Part shown: positions 48,349 to 56,882 of the stretch, piece after piece | How the letters are laid out: every line of letters starts with the position of its first letter | Numbering within the stretch: the stretch's first letter is position 1 | DNA from: a virus | Length of the DNA stretch: 64,000 nt | Reading direction: 5' to 3' (one strand) | Virus record (IMG/VR): IMGVR_UViG_3300035182_000826 | Span: 97,453-161,452 of that record | The notes under the pieces: generated by a model | Told to the model about the DNA's origin: nothing | Database searches by the model: none | Seen by the model: only the letters and a program-made list of their open reading frames with translations | Made by a program: the position numbers and the translations under genes

Positions 48349-49467
48349 GTGTTTATGGTTTTCTTAACTTTCTTTTCAGCCTTCCTAATCGAAGGTCTTG
48401 GAACTGTAATTTCAGTTCTAGGAGCAATGGCTCTGTTTGGTGTGAACCCTATAATCACATCACTATTCGTTGGCCTTGACATTTGTAAGATGGTGGTGCT
48501 ATCGCTGCTTTACAAAAACTGGATTGGCTTCAATGGAATCATGAAGAGCTATGGGGTGATTGCAACCGTCATCATGATGACAATCACTAGTGCTGGCGCA
48601 GCTGGATACCTTACAGGCGCCTTTCAAACTGCCATCTTAGGGTCTCAAGAGGGATCACTTAAGGTCAGCACTCTCAAAGAGCAGCAAGCAAAGTATGAGG
48701 AACGAAAGAAGCAGATCGACGAACAGATTGCATCGCTTCCAGAAAAAACCTCTGTGAATCAGCGCATTCGAATGATGAACGCGTTCAAGACCGAGCAGGC
48801 TGACCTTCAATCCAAAATCAATGACATTGACAAAGAGCTGCCAGCACTACAGGTGAAACAGCTTGGGGTTGAAGCAAAGGCCGGGCCAATCTTATACTTG
48901 GCAAAGGCATTCAACATTAGTGTTGAAGAAGCCATCAAATACGTGATCATGATGATCATTGTTGTGTTTGACCCGCTTGCGGTGTACCTTGTGCTGGCTG
49001 GGAACTATCTCCTAGCTCAACGGAAGGTCGCCTCGGCGACGCCGGTGGAGCCGGTTGCACCACAGGTGACTGAGCCAACAGAACCTATTGAGACTGTTAA
49101 ACAGAGTGAGCACGTGTCACCTCGTGTCGCCGAGGCTGTTGCTCTTCCTGAGCCAGTTCCTGAGCCAGTTCCTGAGGTAGAACCTGAGGTCGTTCCTGAG
49201 CCAGTTCCTGAGGTCGTTCCTGAGGTCGTTCCTGAGGTCGTTCCTGAGGTCGTTCCTGAGGTCGTTCCTGAGGTAGAACTTGAACAGCCAGCGCAATCTG
49301 TTCAGCGCCCAGCATATGACTTGATTACCAAGGACATGCTTCTTGGGAAAAAGCGCCAGTCATCAAGCGAGTTTAGGTCCTCATTGAATGATGTTCAAGC
49401 TGACGCTTTGACACAAACTGATGGTGATCGCGCCGGCGTGAACCTAAATCTTTACACTGGTCAATAA
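48349..49467 (+). CDS. Membrane-anchored coiled-coil protein with Pro-Glu-Val repeat tail
   Basis: Three N-terminal TM segments, coiled coil, GP..YLA, IIVVFDPLAV.L, PEVV repeats. Confidence 0.75.
   Translation: MFMVFLTFFSAFLIEGLGTVISVLGAMALFGVNPIITSLFVGLDICKMVVLSLLYKNWIGFNGIMKSYGVIATVIMMTITSAGAAGYLTGAFQTAILGSQEGSLKVSTLKEQQAKYEERKKQIDEQIASLPEKTSVNQRIRMMNAFKTEQADLQSKINDIDKELPALQVKQLGVEAKAGPILYLAKAFNISVEEAIKYVIMMIIVVFDPLAVYLVLAGNYLLAQRKVASATPVEPVAPQVTEPTEPIETVKQSEHVSPRVAEAVALPEPVPEPVPEVEPEVVPEPVPEVVPEVVPEVVPEVVPEVVPEVELEQPAQSVQRPAYDLITKDMLLGKKRQSSSEFRSSLNDVQADALTQTDGDRAGVNLNLYTGQ
49146..49277 (+). repeat. In-frame 12-bp tandem repeat (CCTGAGGTCGTT and variants), about 11 units
   Basis: Encodes PEPV/PEVE/PEVV. 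Confidence 0.9.
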
Positions 49468-49536
49468 CCCGCAGCTGGGTTATTGTGAAACCTTGCCCTT
49501 CTTACAATTGTAAGTGGGTTAACTGCACTCAACAAA

Positions 49537-50442
49537 ATGTCACAAGTCAAGATTTGGGCTGAAAAATACAGACCTCAACACGTCAAGGATGTGCTCTTTA
49601 GGAATCCGAATGACGCACAGTACTTCAAGACGCTGGTTGAAACTAAAGACCTGCAGAACATGATGTTCATTGGAACTCGTGGGACAGGCAAATCATCCTT
49701 GTCCCAGGCATTGATCAATGATCTTGGTGTGTCACCTGATGACGTGATGACAGTGAACTGTTCAAAGGACAAGATTGACGCGATGCGCGACCGTGTGTCA
49801 GCCTTTGCGTACACCATGCCAGTCGGTGATTACAAGGTAATTCGTCTTGAGGAAATGGACTTTCTCTCGCATGACGCACAAGCCCTGCTTCGATCGTTAA
49901 TTGAGGAAGTCTCTTCTTTCTGCCGGTTCATTTGCACTGGAAATTACAAGCACCGAATCCTGCCAGAAGTTCAAGATCGGTTTCAGATCTTTGAATTCAA
50001 CACGCCGAATCTTGAAGATCTTGGCATGTTGGCTGCGGACATCCTGATGGCTGAAGGAGTTCAGTTCGAAATTGATGATGTGTTGACCATCGTTCAAGCC
50101 GGTTCTCCGTCTGTTCGAAAGATCATCCATCTTCTGCAACAAGGATCACAAAGTGGTAAGCTTCAGATTCTTGGAGAAAGCGGTGTCGCAGACTGGCGAG
50201 TGAAATTCTTGGAAGCGATCAAGACAGCTGACTTCAGAGTCGCCAGAAGTGTCGTCTGTCAAGAAGCACCGAAGGAAGAACTCATCGATGCGTACAGATT
50301 TTTGTTCCAGAACATTGATGTGTTCGGAAAGAAGGCAGATGATGCATTGTTGGTGATTGCAAGATACCAATACCAACATTCATTCGTGGCTGATCCAGAA
50401 ATTCAACTGGCAGCAATGTTCATTGAACTTGGAGCACTGTGA
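49537..50442 (+). CDS. Clamp loader large subunit (gp44/RFC-like)
   Basis: WAEKYRP, GTRGTGKS, LEEMD.LS.DAQ.LLR and RFI.T.NY motifs. Confidence 0.9.
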   Translation: MSQVKIWAEKYRPQHVKDVLFRNPNDAQYFKTLVETKDLQNMMFIGTRGTGKSSLSQALINDLGVSPDDVMTVNCSKDKIDAMRDRVSAFAYTMPVGDYKVIRLEEMDFLSHDAQALLRSLIEEVSSFCRFICTGNYKHRILPEVQDRFQIFEFNTPNLEDLGMLAADILMAEGVQFEIDDVLTIVQAGSPSVRKIIHLLQQGSQSGKLQILGESGVADWRVKFLEAIKTADFRVARSVVCQEAPKEELIDAYRFLFQNIDVFGKKADDALLVIARYQYQHSFVADPEIQLAAMFIELGAL

Positions 50443-50753
50443 TGGCTGATACAAAAGACCGTAGATCTGAAGGCAAGGCATGCAAAAGTGAATCTGCATT
50501 GGCAGGTCGAAAGTACAAGGCGCTAGGCATCTGTGTAAGGTGCCACAGCACTCCTGTCAAGAATCGATCAGTGTGTTATGCTTGCAGTGACAAGCAGCAA
50601 GAGTACACCAGGCTGTCTGGTTTCAGAAGGATTGTTCGTGAACAGAAAGTCGCCGGGCGCGGCGAGGAAATCATGAAGATTTGGGCATCTCCAAATTTGT
50701 CTACTGAGCAGAAGGAACTGTTGCTTCAATTGGCTTTACTGGTGAATCTATGA
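50439..50753 (+). CDS. Small zinc-finger protein
   Basis: CVRC...CYAC. Confidence 0.55.
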   Translation: MMADTKDRRSEGKACKSESALAGRKYKALGICVRCHSTPVKNRSVCYACSDKQQEYTRLSGFRRIVREQKVAGRGEEIMKIWASPNLSTEQKELLLQLALLVNL

Positions 50754-51196
50754 GTGGTGACGCACTGTTCAGCTTCCTTGCAAAGCTGAACGCCGGTGAT
50801 CTTGGCGCATATGAAAGCTTATCTGAGACAGATAAGAAGGCGATGCACCCATTAGTGATCATGCGTTGGATGAGTGGAACGCAAGATCCATTGCAAATCC
50901 TGAAGTTGAACACGCGTGTTAACCCTTTTGTGTTCAATCAGTCATTCAGCAAAGAGGTGCTGTTCAAACTGATTGCCTCTTGTGGTACTGGTCGAAAACG
51001 AGTTCAGTGGATTAAGGGACCAACCAACAAGCACCAAAATCTGGCCACAACTGTTCTGGCAGAAACTTACGGTTGCTCACCACGCGAAGCAGTTGAGTAT
51101 CTTCAATTTCTGGCAGATAGTGACTTGATGGACATGGCAGCTGAACTTGGATGGTCAAAGGAAGAGCTGAAGAAGCTCAGCCAGGAACTGAAGTGA
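50750..51196 (+). CDS. Probable clamp loader small subunit (gp62-like)
   Basis: P.VIMRWMS...N...WIK...Y.CS.REA.EY pattern; near gp44. Confidence 0.6.
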   Translation: MSGDALFSFLAKLNAGDLGAYESLSETDKKAMHPLVIMRWMSGTQDPLQILKLNTRVNPFVFNQSFSKEVLFKLIASCGTGRKRVQWIKGPTNKHQNLATTVLAETYGCSPREAVEYLQFLADSDLMDMAAELGWSKEELKKLSQELK

Positions 51197-51205
51197 TGCT
51201 TTACC

Positions 51206-51940
51206 ATGAATAGAGATGATCTGAAAAACGCAGCGAAAGATAGACGTACCGACGCGGCGATCGTCCAAGAGCGAAAGATCATCTGGCGATGCGAGTATTG
51301 TACTCGTGATTTCATGACAGAAAATGGGTTCATGAAGCATAAGTGCAAGGGACGAGAGCGTCTTGATGCGCTGAAGTCTGTTCAGGGATTTGCCGCCTAC
51401 GGGTGGTATGAAGAATGGATGAAACGCCAACGCCGCTCAGTGCCTTCCAGAGAGGTCTTTGCTTCTTCGCGGCAGTTCCTTGCATTCATGAACTTTGTTG
51501 ACTGGGTGAAGCGTGTCGCGATACCGCACCCAGAAATGTTCATTCAGCTCATGATCGACACTGGAACACCACCTGTCTTGTGGTGTCGAAACACAACCTA
51601 CGAGGCTTACCTTGAGTGGTATGACAAAGCGTACCCGCCAGAGGAGCAGTTCGTTTCATCCTGCGTATTTCTGAAGGGGCTGATCAAGGAAGCTAGCACT
51701 GAAAACATCTATCAAGAGCTTGGCGCGTCATTCATTGTGAACGCCGTAAAGAAACGAAAGCTGTCACCTTGGCTGTTGACGCTTTCACCAAAGTTCCTGA
51801 GTTGGGTCAGAACTCTAGACGAAAGCGAAAGACAGGCAATTGCTGAGGTCGTGAACTTCAGAGCCTTTGCGAACAAAATTTCTGAGCGGCCAGATCTCGC
51901 AGCCGCATTCAAACATGTCTGTGGAACTGAGAACTTTTAG
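51206..51940 (+). CDS. Hypothetical protein with N-terminal zinc finger
   Basis: CEYC...F...F..H.C. Confidence 0.65.
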   Translation: MNRDDLKNAAKDRRTDAAIVQERKIIWRCEYCTRDFMTENGFMKHKCKGRERLDALKSVQGFAAYGWYEEWMKRQRRSVPSREVFASSRQFLAFMNFVDWVKRVAIPHPEMFIQLMIDTGTPPVLWCRNTTYEAYLEWYDKAYPPEEQFVSSCVFLKGLIKEASTENIYQELGASFIVNAVKKRKLSPWLLTLSPKFLSWVRTLDESERQAIAEVVNFRAFANKISERPDLAAAFKHVCGTENF

Positions 51941-51951
51941 AGAGGTAAATT

Positions 51952-52248
51952 ATGCGATGCAAAACTGGTGATCTTGCAATGATTACAGGAGACAAATTGT
52001 TTCCAGAGAACAACGGGAGACTTGTTAACATCAAGGGTCCCGCCACTGCTGAGGCTTATGAAGACCCATTGCCGGGTGAATGGGACTGCGAACCACTACA
52101 GCCGGTTTATGGAATGCTAGATGGTGCTGTCTTCCTAGACATGGAAGACACTGCCTTTGAAGACCATGAGCTAACGCCAATCAGATATCGAGAAGGTGAT
52201 GATGAGACGCTAAGCTGGGCAAAGAGACCTGACCATGTCACTGGGTGA
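51952..52248 (+). CDS. Hypothetical phage protein
   Basis: GAGG RBS; coupled to the next gene. Confidence 0.65.
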   Translation: MRCKTGDLAMITGDKLFPENNGRLVNIKGPATAEAYEDPLPGEWDCEPLQPVYGMLDGAVFLDMEDTAFEDHELTPIRYREGDDETLSWAKRPDHVTG

Positions 52249-52813
52249 TATTGACATTGATACAGCGCCGTCGTTTTCGCCAAGCCAGTACTTCAGGTGG
52301 ACACAGGCGTCGCTGGTGAAAGATGGAGAATTGACACCACACCCATGTGGTGTCTATCCACAGTCAATTCCAGTCGATGAGCTCACGGGCCTAGCCGCAA
52401 TTCCATACACTGAAGCTGAAGAGCTTGGGTATATGAAAATTGACTTCCTGCACTTAGGGGTGTATCAACACTTCACTTCAAAGGCAGAAATTCGTGAGCT
52501 GTTGAAAAAAGAACCAGATTGGTCTCTATTGGCGTTGAATTCAACTTACCCAAAGCTGTTCCAACTAGCAAAGCATGCTGAGCTGGTTTCAACACTGCTG
52601 CCGCAATCAGTCCAGGAGCTGGCTGATGCGTTGGCATTGATTAGACCTGGCAAAAAACACCTAGTTCAGCTTTATCAGAAGAACAAAGCAGCTGCTAGAA
52701 AAGTGCTTTGGATGAAAGATGAGAGCGGGTACTCTTTCAAAAAGGCTCACGCGTTCTCATATGCCATGGTTCTAGTTCTTCAGCTTCATCTAATTTCACA
52801 AGGAAGACTGTAA
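52235..52813 (+). CDS. DnaE (Pol III alpha)-like polymerase, catalytic palm/fingers fragment
   Basis: DIDID, HPCGVY, GYMKIDFL, LFQL, ALIRPG and GYSFKKAHA.SYA motifs. Confidence 0.85.
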   Translation: MSLGDIDIDTAPSFSPSQYFRWTQASLVKDGELTPHPCGVYPQSIPVDELTGLAAIPYTEAEELGYMKIDFLHLGVYQHFTSKAEIRELLKKEPDWSLLALNSTYPKLFQLAKHAELVSTLLPQSVQELADALALIRPGKKHLVQLYQKNKAAARKVLWMKDESGYSFKKAHAFSYAMVLVLQLHLISQGRL

Positions 52814-53808
52814 TGTCACTGAAACACACGCCCCTTGCCACATTCGTTTATGGCTCCCATTTGTACGGGACAAATTCAGCAACATCAGATTATGACTACA
52901 AAACGATGTACTTGCCGTGCATCGATGATCTGTTGCTTGGTCATAAGATGAAGACGTACAAGGTGCGGCATGACGCAAATCACCAACCTATTCCTGATGA
53001 TGCGCCAATGCCGGCAGGCGGCACTGAGATTGAAAACATTCCAGTTCACAACTTTGTTGACCACTGGCTGTCTGGCCAGGCGTATGCCGTTGAGCTAGTG
53101 TTCTCGCGCAATTTCTCGCAGAACTACACCGATCATGGAAGTCAAGAGTTCAAGGCCCTGTTGGACTTTATGCTCAAGAACCCACATCGCAATGTGTACG
53201 GTATGCTTGGGTTTGCACAGAAACAGGTGATCGATTATGTCAGACGCGGTGAGCGTAAAGTAGCAGCTGAAAAGCTTGTACAAGCCATCAAACGCTGGCG
53301 CGCCATCAGCCCTGAAAAGCTACGTCTTGACACTGTTGTTAACGACGAGCGCATCATTGTTCACTTGGCAGCAGAGCTTGATCTTGAAACAGGGTTCACT
53401 CAGAACAACAATCGCACGTTCTTAACGCTGAAGCTGAACGGGCGAGAGTATCTTGAGACAACGACGCTCGAGCATCTCGAGAATGCTGTTCAAAAGCTGA
53501 TCGACGTCTATGGTGAGCGATCCGCAAAAGCAGCTGAGGAACAGGTTGATTGGAAGTCGCTGATGCACTCGAAGCGCGTCTTTGAGCAGGTCAAGGAGTA
53601 TCTGAGAACCGGCACCATGACGTTTCCCCGGCCAAATGTTGAAGAGCTGCTCAAGATCAAGCAGGGTCTTAGGCCTCTTGAAGACGTCAAGGCTGAATTG
53701 CTTGCGCTTGACAATGAAGTGCTGGCGCTTTGTGAAGCATCAACATTGCCTGACCCGAGGACGCTTCGCGAAAAGGCCAACGAGATGCTTCTGTCCTTCT
53801 TCATCTAA
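52813..53808 (+). CDS. Pol-beta superfamily nucleotidyltransferase (RlaP/YcgL-like)
   Basis: GSHLYGT...SDYDYK; DWKSLMH..R. Confidence 0.8.
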   Translation: MSLKHTPLATFVYGSHLYGTNSATSDYDYKTMYLPCIDDLLLGHKMKTYKVRHDANHQPIPDDAPMPAGGTEIENIPVHNFVDHWLSGQAYAVELVFSRNFSQNYTDHGSQEFKALLDFMLKNPHRNVYGMLGFAQKQVIDYVRRGERKVAAEKLVQAIKRWRAISPEKLRLDTVVNDERIIVHLAAELDLETGFTQNNNRTFLTLKLNGREYLETTTLEHLENAVQKLIDVYGERSAKAAEEQVDWKSLMHSKRVFEQVKEYLRTGTMTFPRPNVEELLKIKQGLRPLEDVKAELLALDNEVLALCEASTLPDPRTLREKANEMLLSFFI

Positions 53809-53966
53809 AAATTGTAACAGTCTTTCCGTGTTTGTCGTTCTGTGTATAATCTCATCATGACAAGCAAGAGCAAGACTGAACAATCGCGTGGGCAGTACGG
53901 CCGTCAACGTCGTGCTCCCACACCCCCGAAGGACAAGCGGCAATCGGCGCCGATGAAAGGTTAAGC

Positions 53967-54263
53967 ATGAATACTGTTACTGTTGTTGATGGTATGGAAT
54001 ATGTCATTCCACGGCCAAACCTGAAGACGAAGATCATCTTCTTCTACCAAGTGATTCGCTGCTTTATGAAGTACACCTTCGGAAAGACAAGCGAGTGCTT
54101 CACTGGTGCACCAAGCTGGGTGGTTGCCATCGTGGTTGACATCACACCGATGATCATGGAAGATGAGACCTATGATGAGCACTTCCAAAAGTCATGGACA
54201 CACTTCTGCCAAGGCGCCCGCATCGAACTTCGGTACCGTCAACGGAGGAATCATCATGCTTGA
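53967..54263 (+). CDS. Hypothetical protein
   Basis: ORF downstream of TATAAT at 53845-53850. Confidence 0.55.
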   Translation: MNTVTVVDGMEYVIPRPNLKTKIIFFYQVIRCFMKYTFGKTSECFTGAPSWVVAIVVDITPMIMEDETYDEHFQKSWTHFCQGARIELRYRQRRNHHA

Positions 54264-54447
54264 GTCTGATAAAAAGTGCGAGCTCTGCGAGAAGAAGGAC
54301 AACATCCTTGTCGACGGCCGAACCCGTTTCGGGTATTGGGCCTGGATGTGCAGGGGTTGTCACTCTCGCGTTGGCGTCGGTCTCGGAACTGGCTGTGGTC
54401 AGAAGTATAAGAACGAACATGGAACTTGGAAGAAGATCGAAGGCTAA
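54256..54447 (+). CDS. Small zinc-binding protein
   Basis: GGAGG RBS; CELC...WAWMCRGC...GLG.G.GQKY. Confidence 0.65.
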   Translation: MLESDKKCELCEKKDNILVDGRTRFGYWAWMCRGCHSRVGVGLGTGCGQKYKNEHGTWKKIEG

Positions 54448-54486
54448 TCTCTTCCATGAAATTGAAGGGGGCCAATGGCCCCTTTT

Positions 54487-54924
54487 TCATTTGAACTGAA
54501 TCACCACACCGCGTGGCTTGATTTCTACACAGCTTTGGATTACTGGTGCTCGACGCCTTCTTACCCTGATTGGTTCAAAGCTGTATTGGAACGCGTTTCC
54601 AACTAATCTGGTCACTGCCCCAACATTGAATGTCTTGTAGATCCGCTTTGTGATCCCGGATAAACCACGCTTACTGAACTCAAACGATATAGGATACAAA
54701 CAGCCTTGGTCACGCCACTCCAATGCAATGTCCATGAAGATTTTCAGGTCAATTCCCTCCTGTTGAGCTTCATCTAGGACGTAAGCGGTAACAGCCTCGT
54801 CTGTTATGTTGTCCACAATCACGAGGTACTTTTCTTTGGCGTGCTCAAGAACACAAAGCAAATGAAGATTGCCTTCATCTGAAATTTGCTCAATGATCAG
54901 TGTTGGTATTTTTCGTTTGGCCAT
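54487..54924 (-). CDS. Conserved hypothetical late protein
   Basis: TAAATA on the minus strand at 54942-54947; terminator at 54464-54487. Confidence 0.7.
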   Translation of the reverse strand: MAKRKIPTLIIEQISDEGNLHLLCVLEHAKEKYLVIVDNITDEAVTAYVLDEAQQEGIDLKIFMDIALEWRDQGCLYPISFEFSKRGLSGITKRIYKTFNVGAVTRLVGNAFQYSFEPIRVRRRRAPVIQSCVEIKPRGVVIQFK

Positions 54925-54949
54925 AGTTTACAAGTTTCAGGTATTTAAG

Positions 54950-55261
54950 ATGACCGGCAGCACAAATCAAGACCCAGACTTCCTGAACATCCTTCCGGCT
55001 TTCGGTGATGAAACGGGTCCAACGCCAACTCGCTTCGGTCTGAAAGTGACTGGCGCTACATTTGATCTGAATGACGCGCTGGCAATTTTGAAGCTAAAGC
55101 GAGTCAGACGAGTAGCGCTGCACGTGGACACGGCGTTCATGATGATGGACGTGAATCTGGCGAAGATGTTGCAGGATCCAAAAAAGATCCCATTGCTTGT
55201 TGTGCTGGCATCAAAGGTGCTGAAGGCAGCTGATGAAGCTGGATACAAGCCGACTGTGTGA
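54950..55261 (+). CDS. Hypothetical protein
   Basis: ORF coupled to the next gene. Confidence 0.55.
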   Translation: MTGSTNQDPDFLNILPAFGDETGPTPTRFGLKVTGATFDLNDALAILKLKRVRRVALHVDTAFMMMDVNLAKMLQDPKKIPLLVVLASKVLKAADEAGYKPTV

Positions 55262-55722
55262 TGACGCAATTCGACAAATTACCGCAAGTTCTTAAGGAAG
55301 GCATCACAAAGCGATGCCTTACGAGGATAGAGCGCCAGCGGCTTGGGTTTCCGGGTGCGACAGTGCTAATTGTTGGTGATCGCCCAGCACCATCAGCGCC
55401 TGACACTCCGACATTTCACTACACCCCATTTGCAACGATCAAGCACTCGTCGTTGTTCATCAATCTAGAGTTGGAAAACGCTGGAATTGATGAGCGTAAG
55501 TTGGCATGGGTGAATGCCGCTTCTTTCCATGATGAGAGAACCTCGAGTGCGGTTCTTGATCATGACTGGAAGCTCATCGTTGCACTTGGTGATGCAGCTC
55601 AGCGTTGGGTGAACACTGGCGGCAAAACATGCGTCAAGATCACGCATCCAGCCTATCACAAGCGATTCAAAAGCCGGGAAGTGTACCCGCTTGTGAGCAT
55701 TTTGAAAGAATGTAACGGTTAA
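55258..55722 (+). CDS. Uracil-DNA-glycosylase-superfamily-like protein
   Basis: LIVGDRP, W.N, IVALG..A and HPAY motifs. Confidence 0.6.
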   Translation: MMTQFDKLPQVLKEGITKRCLTRIERQRLGFPGATVLIVGDRPAPSAPDTPTFHYTPFATIKHSSLFINLELENAGIDERKLAWVNAASFHDERTSSAVLDHDWKLIVALGDAAQRWVNTGGKTCVKITHPAYHKRFKSREVYPLVSILKECNG

Positions 55723-55759
55723 GAACTGGTTACATTTGAACCCCGGATTGTGCTATAAT
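55711..55759 (+). promoter_or_regulatory. TGTAAC-N12-GTTACA motif plus extended -10 (TGnTATAAT)
   Basis: Direct sequence reading. Confidence 0.65.
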
Positions 55760-55786
55760 GCAACCATCAATTGAAGAGAGGGTGCA

Positions 55787-56389
55787 ATGAGAACACAACT
55801 CCGTGGGCACTGTCAGGCATGCGGCCGCCTTCAAGCAGTTCGCTCTGGCCAGGTCGCCTTGCATGGATATGAGGTGCAAGACGGGTTCTTCAACGGAACC
55901 TGCGCCGGTTCTCGACATGCCCCAGTTGAAGTCGAAAAGACGTTCACTGAAACCGTCATCAAGGGGTGTCTTGAACAGGCAGCGCAAAAAGATGAGGTGT
56001 ACAAGCAGATCGAAACCGGTGAACGAAACCCGGTTTCTGGCAGGAACTTGCGTTGCCAAATGGTGTCTTGGGACGAGCTCTCGCCGGCCGAGCAGACCCA
56101 CGCAAGAACTGCCACCTTGTACAAGTTGAAGCAGGCCGCGAAGTTCTTCAATGATCACGCGAAGTTCCTGACGGAGCTGATCGCTGAGTGTCATGAAAAA
56201 GAGCTCACCACTGTCAGCGTTCAAGCACCGCCGCCCGAGATCTTCAATGGTGAAAAGCGGCTGAATGCCAAAGGGAAAGTCCTTGTGGTGACCGGAACAA
56301 GTAGTGGGAAGGTGTCCTGGAAAGACGAACGCGGCTTCATTGGATCATGCTCCACGCGGATGTGGCGCACCTTCGCTATCATGGAATGA
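55787..56389 (+). CDS. Hypothetical protein with zinc-binding N-terminus
   Basis: GHCQACGR...HGY...GTC; GAGG RBS. Confidence 0.7.
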   Translation: MRTQLRGHCQACGRLQAVRSGQVALHGYEVQDGFFNGTCAGSRHAPVEVEKTFTETVIKGCLEQAAQKDEVYKQIETGERNPVSGRNLRCQMVSWDELSPAEQTHARTATLYKLKQAAKFFNDHAKFLTELIAECHEKELTTVSVQAPPPEIFNGEKRLNAKGKVLVVTGTSSGKVSWKDERGFIGSCSTRMWRTFAIME

Positions 56390-56574
56390 TGATGCTGTTC
56401 ATTATGCCCTTCATCCTGTTCGAGGCATTGAACTTCATTGTCTTGACTATTGGCATCGTCTTCATTTTCTTCAGTGCCTTGGTGATCATCGCGGTAGTGG
56501 CGTCAAGCTTGATGTTTCTGGCCGTCGCCTATGGAACGATCAGGAACTGGCTCAAAAGGAGAAAGTCATGGTGA
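56386..56574 (+). CDS. Small membrane protein
   Basis: Hydrophobic, coupled ORF. Confidence 0.55.
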   Translation: MMMLFIMPFILFEALNFIVLTIGIVFIFFSALVIIAVVASSLMFLAVAYGTIRNWLKRRKSW

Positions 56575-56822
56575 AAATGATCTACACGGGCGCCATCATG
56601 AGCATGGTGTTTGCCTTTACCAAGCGATATGAGGCACATCAAGACTGGCTCTTGATTGGTGGATTTGTCGGCTTGGTTCTTGGGCTGGTGGCGCAAATGC
56701 TCTCTGAACGCGAAGGGCAGATCGCGCTGGTAGGTCTCCTGATCATGAACTTCACCAAGGTCGTGATTTTTCTGATCGCCGCGGGGCTTGCTGCCTGGCA
56801 AGTGTTCTTTGTCTGGCATTGA
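56568..56822 (+). CDS. Small membrane protein
   Basis: AGGAG RBS; hydrophobic segments. Confidence 0.6.
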   Translation: MVKMIYTGAIMSMVFAFTKRYEAHQDWLLIGGFVGLVLGLVAQMLSEREGQIALVGLLIMNFTKVVIFLIAAGLAAWQVFFVWH

Positions 56823-56882
56823 GCCCGAATTTCCCCCGACGCTGACCATTACGAGGATACAATTTTCCTTTTGGGGAATTCA

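Noticed and set aside
47205-52813. Intein- or intron-split polymerase
   Set aside because: No intein terminal motifs (C/S start, HN-C end) and the intervening DNA holds ordinary genes.
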